Shown here piece by piece: positions 21,954 to 31,933 of a stretch of 64,000 bases of DNA. Position numbers and translations under genes: made by a program. The notes beneath the pieces are model-generated. The model saw only the letters and a program-made list of their open reading frames with translations, was not told the DNA's origin and did not search any database. The stretch's first letter is position 1. Each line of letters starts with the position of its first letter. The stretch lies in contig JAJFFC010000008.1 in assembly GCA_021776795.1 (NCBI GenBank), positions 314,738 to 378,737 on the forward strand, read 5' to 3'. This DNA is from Planctomycetota bacterium (lineage in GTDB: Bacteria; Planctomycetota; UBA1135).

Positions 21954-24494
21954 TCACGCCATTGGATTGCTATGGTCCTAGGCGGCCTCCTTATCGCCGC
22001 AATTGTGGTGGTGGCATGGCCAGCTGAGGAAAACGAGAAGCCTCAGAATCCAACTCCCTACCCACAAGCTTCCGCCGTCACATTTCCTTCTCATGATGAG
22101 GCCCCATTCTCAGACATCTCCCCAGAAGAGAACAATAATTCCACTGAGATTACGCGGGAAGAGCCTCGAATCAATGACGACTGGATTTCGATAGATTTCA
22201 TTCATGAGGAAACAGGCCGCCCTGTTCCTTTTGCCGAAATTTATCTTTATCGATTAGAGAGCCGAGAAAGTAAAAGTATTTCCGGAAGAATTGGTTCTGA
22301 AGTTGCCAAGGAACTGGCAATGTGGGGCCAATTGTTTCGCACGGATGAGAATGGCAAGCTAAAGCTGTCCCGCATCCAGGACCCCGTTGCCATCACAGCA
22401 GTTGGAGAGAATTGTTACGCTCATTTTCCGCGCCTTAACCTGAATGAACCCCGTGGCGCACTGGGCTTACGCCCCAATCGGGTGATTCCAGTGAGCGTGC
22501 AGGATTATCAAGGGAGCGGCGTTGAGCATGCCTTTGTTTCCCTTCATTTCCAAATGGCGACTGGATTCAGCTTTCCGCTGTTCATTGGCCAAACGGGAGC
22601 CAATGGTACGATTTTCATTCCTATCCTTGATCGCTATTCCCGGAATCAGGAGCTGAAAATCGTCCTCCATTCCTTTTCCAATCAAGAGAATATTGTGACT
22701 GTCGCAAAGCTCCAGCAAGAGGACCGCCCGGTGACCTTTCTTTTCCCGGACCCAAGTGAACTCAAAATCCAATTCCAAGCGCCACAACTGCCTGATGCAC
22801 CTGCATATTTTGTTCTCCGTGATATTGCCTACCTGGATCATCCCTCATTATCGAATACCCTAACCCCAGGTTTTCTATTTCCTCCCGAGCATACGATTGC
22901 TGTTTCTGCGAAATCCAGATCCCTGATTCTGAATGGGTACATCCTTAGCCGGGGATTACACGCCGAAGTTTCTTTGGTCACTCCAAGCGCAAAAGGAACT
23001 ACTGTCGAGGTTCCCATGGAGTTCTCCATGGAGTATCCGGCTGTTTCGGGTCGAATTCTTAACGAAGACGGCGTAATTGGAAGAAATCTAAACCTCCAGT
23101 ACGCCTATCGCTATCCCGGCCTACCAAGCACCCGACAGCCAACAGAGGGAATCCCCCTTTCGACAAATGACGAGGGCATTTTTGAGATTCTTGTGCCCAA
23201 TTGGAATCAGCAAGGGTTGCTGAGAAAGTTTCTCGTGGTCATCCCGCGCACGAGGAGCAAGCCAGAGCGCTTCGCCGAGGTAGACCTCAGTCAACCCTTA
23301 CCTAAGGAAGTGAAGGATCTCGGTGATCTTATCTTGCGACCCTCCCCGGTCCTTGCCAGCGGCAGAGTCGTTGATCGAGATGGAATACCAATCCAAGATG
23401 CGCTGATTCGCATTCCCTCTGAAGATTCACGGTCGTATAAAAGTGGAGTCTCAGGCGCTGGACTGTATGCAGAAACCAATCAAGATGGCGCGTTTCTATT
23501 GCGAGGGGTGTTCCTCGAAGATCTGAAGAGCATCCGTTGCGACCATCGGTACTTTCGAACGGTAGATATCTCCGTATTAGATGGTTCTCATAATCTCAAC
23601 ATCACCTTAGAAAGAACCGTGGAGGTACGTGGGAGAGTTCTAGTCGATCGATTTATCAATGAATCGGACCTCATGATTAATTTGTATTTCCGCGAATCGA
23701 AGAATCCAGACCATGAAAGTTCCACAAGGACGATTCCAGATAGGAGAGGGAAATTCCAAATCATTGGTGCCTATGGCGACGAATCGATCCTCGAAATAGT
23801 CAATATCACTGATTATGAGAATACGTTTGTCCTGTATTCCACTCTTGTACCCAACTTGGACCAAGGAGAAGACATTGATCTCGGTACGATTGACCTGCGA
23901 GGAAAACTTCGCCAATACCATGTTTCTGTTTTGAATCAAGAGGGAGACATGCCGCGCGATGCATGGATTCATCACCCAGAATCCCCGCCAGGGAATGCAC
24001 AGTCTATTTCGCTATGGAAAATGGAATACTCCCTCTATGGTCCCTCCGAAGGCTTGCCGATACTTGTTGGTGCTGATGGATATCGGACGCAAAGCCTGGT
24101 ACTGCGAGAACAAAAATCAACGGTAGAGCTGCTAAAGGGACCAGACATTTCAATTCACGCCAAGGGCTTACCAGAGCTTCCCTCTAGGTACCGCTATCAA
24201 CTCAAAATGATCTCCCTTCCGGGTGGCGCGAAGCGAAATGGTGAATTGCAACAGCTATATAGTACGAGCCAACACTTTGAAGGGTCTACCGGACTTATAG
24301 GAGACTGCACGCTGGAAATCTCCTTGGAATCAAATCGACCAGGAATTTCAAATGGCGCCATCTTCGTTCCCCTTCTTCGGCTACCCATTAAGGATGCCGA
24401 TTCCCGCCTGCATATACCCAATCAAATGAGCGGCATTTCCATCGAATTAGATTTGTCCGAGGCCACTGCCATTGTCCTAGACGCCATCGAGTAG
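21951..24494 (+). CDS. Membrane-anchored CarboxypepD_reg-like repeat protein (cargo A)
   Basis: MSRHWIAMVLGGLLIAAIVVVAW anchor; ASGRVVDRDGIP-type repeats; AT-richer than flanks. Confidence 0.7.
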   Translation: MSRHWIAMVLGGLLIAAIVVVAWPAEENEKPQNPTPYPQASAVTFPSHDEAPFSDISPEENNNSTEITREEPRINDDWISIDFIHEETGRPVPFAEIYLYRLESRESKSISGRIGSEVAKELAMWGQLFRTDENGKLKLSRIQDPVAITAVGENCYAHFPRLNLNEPRGALGLRPNRVIPVSVQDYQGSGVEHAFVSLHFQMATGFSFPLFIGQTGANGTIFIPILDRYSRNQELKIVLHSFSNQENIVTVAKLQQEDRPVTFLFPDPSELKIQFQAPQLPDAPAYFVLRDIAYLDHPSLSNTLTPGFLFPPEHTIAVSAKSRSLILNGYILSRGLHAEVSLVTPSAKGTTVEVPMEFSMEYPAVSGRILNEDGVIGRNLNLQYAYRYPGLPSTRQPTEGIPLSTNDEGIFEILVPNWNQQGLLRKFLVVIPRTRSKPERFAEVDLSQPLPKEVKDLGDLILRPSPVLASGRVVDRDGIPIQDALIRIPSEDSRSYKSGVSGAGLYAETNQDGAFLLRGVFLEDLKSIRCDHRYFRTVDISVLDGSHNLNITLERTVEVRGRVLVDRFINESDLMINLYFRESKNPDHESSTRTIPDRRGKFQIIGAYGDESILEIVNITDYENTFVLYSTLVPNLDQGEDIDLGTIDLRGKLRQYHVSVLNQEGDMPRDAWIHHPESPPGNAQSISLWKMEYSLYGPSEGLPILVGADGYRTQSLVLREQKSTVELLKGPDISIHAKGLPELPSRYRYQLKMISLPGGAKRNGELQQLYSTSQHFEGSTGLIGDCTLEISLESNRPGISNGAIFVPLLRLPIKDADSRLHIPNQMSGISIELDLSEATAIVLDAIE

Positions 24495-24496
24495 AT

Positions 24497-24669
24497 CACC
24501 AAGCCCGCCCTGATCTGCAACTGCTCCGACCAGCCCCACGGCGCTCCAGAAGTGGACCGCATCGATCCCTTCTCCGACGAGATCGATTACGACTGGGACC
24601 TGAAGCACATGTAAATCCTGCGGTTTGCCTTGCCAAAGCCCGCTGACTTAGTCGTCACCGGGCTTTCTT
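24497..24669 (+). repeat. Direct repeat copy R2 (orphan rfbC 3' end and terminator)
   Basis: 173-bp ungapped match to 21758-21930 with about 10 substitutions; begins 2 nt after the cargo A stop. Confidence 0.95.
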
Positions 24670-24713
24670 TTCTCCTACCGTTGACTCAGGATTTCCTGTC
24701 TGCCTAAGGGACA

Positions 24714-25610
24714 TTAATCTGCATATTCAAGCATTTCTTCTGTGAGATTTTTGGAGTTTAGGATCGAGACATTCTGGAAAATGGCTTCCAACCACCCTGA
24801 AACCCCAAGCCAATCAACATCTGGAAAGGAGGAATCGATTATCTTGGCTTCTCGGATTTTCGTGAACGAAAAATTTGCACCCCTAAATTCACAATCCTTG
24901 ATTTCAGTTCCAACAAATGAAGATTCCGAAAAATCGACCTCTCTAGCAATCATTCCACTTAATAGGCATTGATCAAAAACTGCTCCGATTGCCGTTCCTC
25001 TCAAAAATAAAATATTCACAATCTTTGCCTCTCTTGCATCGAGGTAATCCCAGTTTGCGCCTGACGCATTACTTTTATCGTCAAGACTGTGTCCCCTGAT
25101 AATCAACTCTCCGACCTGCATTCGAGACAAATCGATACCCTCAAGACTGCAATCAATGAAGGATATGGAGGCGCCCTCTGCACCACTGAAATTGGCATCT
25201 GCCAAATTACAATCCCTAAACACAAGGTCCCCAAATTGGGTGTGAGAAAAATCAGCACCCCCAACATCCACTTTTGTCATCGTCAAATCACCAAGGTCTG
25301 CCCCCTCAACACTAAGACCATTTAAACTGGCGTCCGTATCTGCAAGCAATTGGATTGCATTTGTTCTGCCTCGATCGCCTTTTTCTCCGCTGGCCAGACC
25401 AATTAGAATCCAGGCCTGATGTTGAACTCCAGATTGTCGATCGGCGCATTCACGCATAAACTGACTTAGAGCAATAAGCAACGAGAATGGCGCCAGGACA
25501 GCTACCAATTTGATTAGCCAAAATTTCTCTAACCATTGAACCACTTTGGTCCACCAATTGGCGGAGAATATTGCCCAAATTCCTCGTATTCTTCCCATCT
25601 CTTCTGTCAC
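24714..25610 (-). CDS. Membrane-anchored pentapeptide repeat protein
   Basis: ADLGD/ADFSH/ANFSG/ANFSF pentapeptide units; N-terminal TM; very AT-rich. Confidence 0.75.
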   Translation of the reverse strand: MTEEMGRIRGIWAIFSANWWTKVVQWLEKFWLIKLVAVLAPFSLLIALSQFMRECADRQSGVQHQAWILIGLASGEKGDRGRTNAIQLLADTDASLNGLSVEGADLGDLTMTKVDVGGADFSHTQFGDLVFRDCNLADANFSGAEGASISFIDCSLEGIDLSRMQVGELIIRGHSLDDKSNASGANWDYLDAREAKIVNILFLRGTAIGAVFDQCLLSGMIAREVDFSESSFVGTEIKDCEFRGANFSFTKIREAKIIDSSFPDVDWLGVSGWLEAIFQNVSILNSKNLTEEMLEYAD

Positions 25611-25637
25611 CCTATCAGTACCATTAGTCCAAGAACA

Positions 25638-26576
25638 ATGGATTCGCCCTCGAACATACCAACTATTGCATTACTAATCACCCTTATCCCTCTTTCCTGT
25701 TCTGCGCCAGAAATAGATATGGCGACCGAGAGTGGTTACCAAGAGGGCCCTGTCCCTCCCCACACCCTTGAACATCTCTCCCCAGTTGACCCTTCCAAGG
25801 AGCATGACGCCTTTCTCTCTGAGATCAGAGAGAGGCTGGGAATCCCAGAAAAGATAGACGGATTCCAAGCCCAAATCTTTGTCAGAGAAAGAGGGTTGCA
25901 TCCAAGGGAGATAAATTTAAATCTCTCCTACAGAGATCGGCATGGTGGGATGGTTAGGTTCTCACTTGAGACCCAATCCTCAGTACTTGAAAAAGACTGG
26001 TTTGGCTATTCCTCTCCAGAAGGTTATTGGAAAGGCCACAGAGACAACAATGGATCATGGGTCGAGACCCGGCTCCTCAGGTCCGGAGAGGAGGTCGACG
26101 GCATCGATGACTTCATTATCCTTGGCGAAGAAATTGCTTCAGTTCTTGCCTTGCCAACCTTCCTGAATGCTCTTTCATCGGCGAACCACTTTACTGATGA
26201 CGCTGGCCTATTAGTCTTGGCAGGCATTCGTCGGTTTGGAAACGAAGAATGGGTTCATCAATTCGCATTTAGTCCCGGCTCATATCGACCCGTTAGGCTA
26301 GTCATTTTTCCTCCTATTGATTCCAGATTTTTTAGCAAGCCATTATTTGATGAGGACGCTCAACGAACGCGGCATGCATTGTTGCAAGAAGACGGAAGCA
26401 TTATTATTGATTTTTCAAATCCACAAGACTTCGACGGGATCATCCTCCCAGCAACCTTTACCGTTCGCGGAAACAACGAGGAAATTGAAGAAGTGATTAT
26501 TGAAGTCCACCACCTTGCCTGGAAAGTTCCTCCCAAACAGGATTATTTTATGTTTCCGGGGGAGCTTCCTGAATAG
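25638..26576 (+). CDS. Hypothetical lipoprotein
   Basis: Hydrophobic stretch ending LIPLSC (lipobox-like); long open frame. Confidence 0.6.
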   Translation: MDSPSNIPTIALLITLIPLSCSAPEIDMATESGYQEGPVPPHTLEHLSPVDPSKEHDAFLSEIRERLGIPEKIDGFQAQIFVRERGLHPREINLNLSYRDRHGGMVRFSLETQSSVLEKDWFGYSSPEGYWKGHRDNNGSWVETRLLRSGEEVDGIDDFIILGEEIASVLALPTFLNALSSANHFTDDAGLLVLAGIRRFGNEEWVHQFAFSPGSYRPVRLVIFPPIDSRFFSKPLFDEDAQRTRHALLQEDGSIIIDFSNPQDFDGIILPATFTVRGNNEEIEEVIIEVHHLAWKVPPKQDYFMFPGELPE

Positions 26577-26580
26577 GCAA

Positions 26581-26724
26581 GAAATGGACCGCATCGATCC
26601 CTTCTCCGACGAGATCGATTACGACTGGGACCTGAAGCACATGTAAACCCTGCGGTTTGCCGTGCCAAAGCCCGCTGACTTAGTCGTCAGCGGGCTTTCT
26701 TGTTGTTGTTATGCTGCTCTTATG
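26581..26724 (+). repeat. Direct repeat copy R3 (rfbC 3' end, terminator, extended -10 and ATG)
   Basis: 144-bp match to 21810-21953 with 2 mismatches; begins 4 nt after the upstream stop. Confidence 0.95.
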
Positions 26725-28269
26725 CCAAAGCTCTGGCTAACAACCTTATTCAGCGGATGCTGCCTAAGCGCAAGTGCGCTTCTCCCCTCGTGCCCATATG
26801 TAACGGCTGCCGAACAAAGCCCACAGGACAGCAATCCTACCTTCCGTGGCATCATTCAATATGAAGGGGACCACACCGTGGACCGTGCGGAGCTAAGTTA
26901 CGCCATTCGCGAAGTAAATGGCCGCAACTGGGACATTGCCAAGGGCACCTTTCTCACCGACGGCTCAGGAAATTTTTCCTTCACTCCGGAGGCAGATTGG
27001 AAACCAGGGAGAAAGGTCATCCTGGTGGTGACCTATCCAGCCAATGTGAGTCAACCCATGCTTGGTGCTGAAATAGACATCAGTGCCTATCTCCAAGGTG
27101 GCGAGCCAGATCTGGGAGCAATCGAGATTCACCAGCCATTGCCGATTGCCTACGGTCGGGTCACGACGCAAACAGGCGATCCCATTGCCCATGCCAAGAT
27201 CGCGCTCATGCAGGGAAATCCCGATACCCCAATCGATTTCACCTTTGGTCCACCCCCCTTGATTGTGGGATACACGGATGAAAATGGAGAGTTCGGGCTG
27301 AACGCCTTCCGACTGGAACCTGACTTAATGCTATTCGTCGATGCCGAGGGCTATCTGCCTCAACAAGTTGGCTTACCGACTGTCACGGGCAACGTCGATT
27401 TGTCTCTACTTCCTGGCTGGAGAATGCACGGGTCGATTTGGCTTGGGGAACCACAGCCAAACTCCATCACGATGAGAATCATTGGCGCAGACTCCAGCCA
27501 ACGATTGCCTTTTGACCGTGCACGCGCGGATGGAGGCGGTGAATTCTCCTTTTCTGATGATTTTCCTCCTGGGAAATATGCTCTGATTTCAGAAGACATC
27601 ACTGGCTTTCGCCATGAGTTTGAACTTGGGCCTGAAGGAGGATTACATGACCTTGGTGTGTTTGATTTAGCTGGCAAAGTCACCTTTGTCACCATTCATG
27701 TGACTGACCAGGATGGCGAAGCCCCCTTGTTTCTCCATGCACAAGATGAAGATGGGCGTTGGCAAGGAAATGAACATGATGGCGCCATTGCACTCACCCT
27801 ATTTGGGGATCCTCCACCGATTTACATCGGAGGCAGAAACACAAAATGGGTGAGAGTGGACAATCCCAAAGATGGCATGAAGGTTGTGTTAGAGCCAGGA
27901 TTGCCTGTAAAGCTCAAGTTAAAGCCAATCCCCAAATTCCCACCGGGCTGGGGAGTCCATGCAACATTGACCAGCATGGAGACAGACCGACCCTTCACCA
28001 GCATGACCATTTCCTGGAACCTGCACCGCGGTATCGTTAGGCCGCCATTCCCTGGGAAATATCAATGTGAGTTGTACGCCTATGACTTTGCAGGGCTTGG
28101 GCAAAATGGCTATGGAGGCATCGAATCGGTTGGCATTCCCGTTTCTGACCCTGGCAGTCCTCTAGAAGTAATCATTGAAGACACCACCGAGCCTCAAATC
28201 ATCTACTTAGAGCTTCCCCAAGAACAACTAGACGCGATGGAGAAGGCCATCGCCGAGCGGAATTCTTGA
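26722..28269 (+). CDS. Exported CarboxypepD_reg-like protein (cargo B), distant paralogue of cargo A C-terminal part
   Basis: Signal-like N-terminus; DLGAIEI..AYGRVTTQTGDPIAHAKI and DLGVFDLAGK match cargo A blocks. Confidence 0.7.
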   Translation: MPKLWLTTLFSGCCLSASALLPSCPYVTAAEQSPQDSNPTFRGIIQYEGDHTVDRAELSYAIREVNGRNWDIAKGTFLTDGSGNFSFTPEADWKPGRKVILVVTYPANVSQPMLGAEIDISAYLQGGEPDLGAIEIHQPLPIAYGRVTTQTGDPIAHAKIALMQGNPDTPIDFTFGPPPLIVGYTDENGEFGLNAFRLEPDLMLFVDAEGYLPQQVGLPTVTGNVDLSLLPGWRMHGSIWLGEPQPNSITMRIIGADSSQRLPFDRARADGGGEFSFSDDFPPGKYALISEDITGFRHEFELGPEGGLHDLGVFDLAGKVTFVTIHVTDQDGEAPLFLHAQDEDGRWQGNEHDGAIALTLFGDPPPIYIGGRNTKWVRVDNPKDGMKVVLEPGLPVKLKLKPIPKFPPGWGVHATLTSMETDRPFTSMTISWNLHRGIVRPPFPGKYQCELYAYDFAGLGQNGYGGIESVGIPVSDPGSPLEVIIEDTTEPQIIYLELPQEQLDAMEKAIAERNS

Positions 28270-28321
28270 ACTCATTCGACCGAAGACTTTGAGCGCATCC
28301 ACTGCAAAGTCCCCCTCCTGG

Positions 28322-30394
28322 TCAATCCGCTAGCTGAAAAAACCCTTCAGCCACTTCAACGCCAAGGTCGACGGATGTCACCGTGGAGTAAATGCTGCCA
28401 ATCATGGGGTTGGCGAAGCGAATCTGAGTTTTGTGGGGAAGCAGCATTCCGGAGACATCGCGAAAATCATCGAAGCGGATGCGCAGGCCCATCATGCCCA
28501 TGCCGTCCATGAGCTTGACCACGTCCTCGCCCAAGACTCGTCCGCTCTCTGCATCGACGAAATAGGTGGGAGCTGGTGCAGAGGTGTCACCGGCACGGAC
28601 CAGATAAAGGGTTTTGCCTCCTCGCTCCAGACGTTGGATGACCTGCATTTTCTCGTGCCATTGGCTCCAATCTCCGAACCGAGCAAAATAACTATCCAAG
28701 CGCTGTTGTTCCTCTCGCAAACCATCCAGGACCTGGGCGGAAACCGTAGATGATTGGTAGCGCGCGACTTTGCCATCGAAAGCCGCGCTCTCAAAGGAGC
28801 CATTGACGCTTCCATCGCTACGAAATTGGTTGGGCCAGGCATAGGTATTGGAAAATGACCCCGTCGCTTGCATGGTGCGCAGGTCAATCTCGCCTTCCGT
28901 TCGCATTGGCCCAAGCGATTCCAGTAAATCTATACGATGAGTTTTGGCAATGGTTCTAGCGAGTTCCTCCACACTGGGCAGGTCCGCCGATGGCGTAAAG
29001 CGGAACTCGTGGTGATCTCCGCTAGAAAAGCCACTGATCTCGCCGTCGGCAGAGCGATCGAATGTAATGATTTCACTGGGGTTCGGGAGTAGCTTCCAGC
29101 GGTCATTGCCGAGGTAACCCAATGGCACGATTCCCTTGCCATGAATCTCTAGCGCAAGCCCTTCCCCATCACGCACCATCGCACGATAGGAGTCATCATC
29201 GTGCTCCCAGTAGTAGCCGAGGTATTCCTCCAAGGGTGGCTGAGCTTGCTCTTCGGCAGGGATAATCCCTAGGAATAACTCTGCGAGCACTTCGCCGACG
29301 CGCATTCCGGTTTGCGTCCCGCGCGATTGGGTGAAGTAAAACACCATGACGTCTTGCTCAGGGAAGACCCAGGCATGGGTGCCATCGGAACCATTGTGAC
29401 CAAAGACCACGACTTCAGGAGCCTTGGTCGGGTCGTCGGCATTTTCTCTGGACAAGACGGTCATCAGGTAGCCATAGCCGAAGGTCAGGCTTGGAATTTC
29501 ACTTGGTGAGCCGGAAGAAAACGGGCTTGGCACCAAGGCCTTTTTCATAAGGTCAGAATTCAGCAGCGCAACGCCATCGACGACGCCGTGATTCTTCCAG
29601 AACGCCATAAAGCGGGCATAATCTGCCGCCGTGGAATACAAACCCTGCGAGCCGAGGAAGAAAGGAAATAAGGGTGGCTGACTCGGGTCCCAAAAGCGGG
29701 TCCAGTTCTCCTTGGAGCCTACATATTTGCTCACGCCACGCGCGCGCAAGGGATTCCCCTCATCCATCACACAGACACTATCCTTCATGCCCAAAGGCTC
29801 CAGGATTCGAGTGGTGACAAAGTCGGCGGCGGGCATTCCGCTGACGACCTCAACCACGGCGGTCAAGGTGTCCGTGCCCTGATCGCTGTAGTGAAATTCG
29901 GTTCCCGGCTCCGAAAGCAACTCTCCCCCGGCACCCATCATCGCCACGGCCTGGATACCGTCAATCGCCTTTAAGTCAGCGGTCATGATCATCGACATCG
30001 ACATGCCACTGGTGTGAGTCAGCAATTGTTCGATGGTGATGTCGCGCGTGGACTCAGCCTCGAAGGCGGGCAAGAAATTCGATACGCGGTCGTCCAGCGC
30101 AATTTTGCCCTCTTCAATCAGCATCAAAATCGAGGTTCCGATGAGTGGCTTCGTCATCGAACGAACGCAAAACACACTGTCCGGGGTCAACTTGGTTTCG
30201 CTTTCTTGGTCGCGCCATCCATAGGCCTCATGAAGAATGGGCGCTCCCCCTTTCATCACGAGCAATTCCGCGCCGACGATTTCCTCCTCGGCAACCAACG
30301 AGGCAACAAGTTGTTCAAGCTTGCTCAGATCCTGGACCTGTTCGGTCTGGATCGGCAGGGCAAGGAGCAGAAGGGAAAGTAAGGGTTGAATCAT
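28322..30394 (-). CDS. Serine hydrolase, beta-lactamase/AmpC-like family, with C-terminal extension
   Basis: SMTK (SxxK), LLTHTSG, FHYSD, GHNG; signal peptide. Confidence 0.85.
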   Translation of the reverse strand: MIQPLLSLLLLALPIQTEQVQDLSKLEQLVASLVAEEEIVGAELLVMKGGAPILHEAYGWRDQESETKLTPDSVFCVRSMTKPLIGTSILMLIEEGKIALDDRVSNFLPAFEAESTRDITIEQLLTHTSGMSMSMIMTADLKAIDGIQAVAMMGAGGELLSEPGTEFHYSDQGTDTLTAVVEVVSGMPAADFVTTRILEPLGMKDSVCVMDEGNPLRARGVSKYVGSKENWTRFWDPSQPPLFPFFLGSQGLYSTAADYARFMAFWKNHGVVDGVALLNSDLMKKALVPSPFSSGSPSEIPSLTFGYGYLMTVLSRENADDPTKAPEVVVFGHNGSDGTHAWVFPEQDVMVFYFTQSRGTQTGMRVGEVLAELFLGIIPAEEQAQPPLEEYLGYYWEHDDDSYRAMVRDGEGLALEIHGKGIVPLGYLGNDRWKLLPNPSEIITFDRSADGEISGFSSGDHHEFRFTPSADLPSVEELARTIAKTHRIDLLESLGPMRTEGEIDLRTMQATGSFSNTYAWPNQFRSDGSVNGSFESAAFDGKVARYQSSTVSAQVLDGLREEQQRLDSYFARFGDWSQWHEKMQVIQRLERGGKTLYLVRAGDTSAPAPTYFVDAESGRVLGEDVVKLMDGMGMMGLRIRFDDFRDVSGMLLPHKTQIRFANPMIGSIYSTVTSVDLGVEVAEGFFQLAD

Positions 30395-30430
30395 GTCTGT
30401 AAGGGCAAGCAGAGCGGAGCTAGACCGAGG

Positions 30431-31933
30431 CTAAGACGAGAGCCACTCTATGGCAGCCACCAATGCGTGGTCTTCTTCGCCTGAGGCGGACTGCGCGGGC
30501 ACTTCGACGTCGGGCTGGATCTTGTTGCCGTATTGCTTGCCGGTGCGGTCGGCGTAGACGCTGGTGGTCAAGAGCAGTATCGCGCCGTCGGCCAAGGGAA
30601 TGGACGAGTTGCCTGTGGAGAGTCCGGTTGTCGGTTGGCCAAAGGTGCGCACGTTGGGGCGACCAAGGAAAGCGACCAAAGTGGCTTCACCGGAACTGCC
30701 GGTCCAGCGCGAAGTCAGGATGGCGATCGGCAGGTCTTTGGCAAAGCTGACCTCGTGCGGAGGATTCACTTTGGTACCCGGGTAGTCTCCCTGCCCGGCT
30801 TCGCTGTTGCGATACCACCAGAGATCGGAACTGCCGTCGAGATAATCAAAACTGCCCACAACTTCCGCGCCAAGCAGTGGGCCTAATCCGGCAAGCATCG
30901 GCCACATGTTGCCGCCGCCATTTTGGCGCAGATCTAACACGATGCCGCGACAGCCCTGAAAATCATTCACACCCCGAGCAATCTCGGCGGCAAAGCGGAG
31001 CGGACTCTCGTCATCGAAAGAAAGGTGCCCGGGAAGCCAGAGATAACCAATATCCCCCTCTAAGCGTTCCCACTCCGGCAACAGCATCGGCGCCGGGCTG
31101 GTGGAGCCATCCTTTTCCACGACCGGATCGTAAGCGGAGATGTACGCCGGCGTCAGCAAACGACTGTGGCGATCTTGCAGTGCGCTCAGACAAAAGCGGA
31201 TGGCCGGGTAAGTATCGGCGGTGGTCTTGGCGCCGCGAGTCAAGGAGTGCAGGTCTTTGCGCATTTGCGGCCAGTCCACCTGCTCGCGCATCATGGCTTG
31301 GCTTTCGACAATCCCAAGGAAGTCGTCAAGATAGGCCGCCGCTTCTGGACTTGCCGGCGCGGAGTACCCGCTGCCGCCCAAGCTGGCGCGCAAGCCGCCA
31401 AACTGAGCAACTCCCGTTCCCAATAGGCCGACGCCAAGAACCAACTCCTCGGCCTCGCGCGGAATCGGCACCTTTAAGGTGAAGTCGCTCCACGTACCTG
31501 ACTCTGCTTGCGGCAAATCGCGACTATCGACCATGCCGAGGACTTCCTTGCCGCGATCCATGCGCACCCAAACAAAGGGTTGGCCAGTGGAGCCCTCTTG
31601 GTACTGCTCCCACTCCACCTCTAGCAACAAGGCTGCCGCACGCTGTTCGGGCAAAGGCAGGGTGGTCCAAACGGTGTGATAAACACCGGGAGCTTCGCCT
31701 TCAAAACGCAGACTCCCCGCCCGTTCACTTGCCGGATCCCGGCCCAGCGAAAGAACGTAATGCTCCGGAGTTACCCCAGTTACTTCGCCTTCGGTCCAGC
31801 GCGGGTGTAAAGACGTATCGGAGGTGTCGGCAAAAGGAAGCGACTGAATGCCCGGCTGCGCGCAGGAGGCCAGGGCACTCAGAATCAAGAGCGCCAAAAG
31901 AGACCGGTGTTTGCGCAAGGATTTACTGCACAC
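30431..31933 (-). CDS. S41 family peptidase lipoprotein
   Basis: LASC lipobox; VLDLRQNGGG, TGSSGE, FGQPTTG, IQPDV. Confidence 0.85.
   Translation of the reverse strand: MCSKSLRKHRSLLALLILSALASCAQPGIQSLPFADTSDTSLHPRWTEGEVTGVTPEHYVLSLGRDPASERAGSLRFEGEAPGVYHTVWTTLPLPEQRAAALLLEVEWEQYQEGSTGQPFVWVRMDRGKEVLGMVDSRDLPQAESGTWSDFTLKVPIPREAEELVLGVGLLGTGVAQFGGLRASLGGSGYSAPASPEAAAYLDDFLGIVESQAMMREQVDWPQMRKDLHSLTRGAKTTADTYPAIRFCLSALQDRHSRLLTPAYISAYDPVVEKDGSTSPAPMLLPEWERLEGDIGYLWLPGHLSFDDESPLRFAAEIARGVNDFQGCRGIVLDLRQNGGGNMWPMLAGLGPLLGAEVVGSFDYLDGSSDLWWYRNSEAGQGDYPGTKVNPPHEVSFAKDLPIAILTSRWTGSSGEATLVAFLGRPNVRTFGQPTTGLSTGNSSIPLADGAILLLTTSVYADRTGKQYGNKIQPDVEVPAQSASGEEDHALVAAIEWLSS

Noticed and set aside
21758..26724. 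CRISPR array or integron attC sites
   Set aside because: The repeats are 144-196 bp pieces of a protein-coding gene end spaced by kilobases; no cas gene, intI or attC-type box structure was seen.
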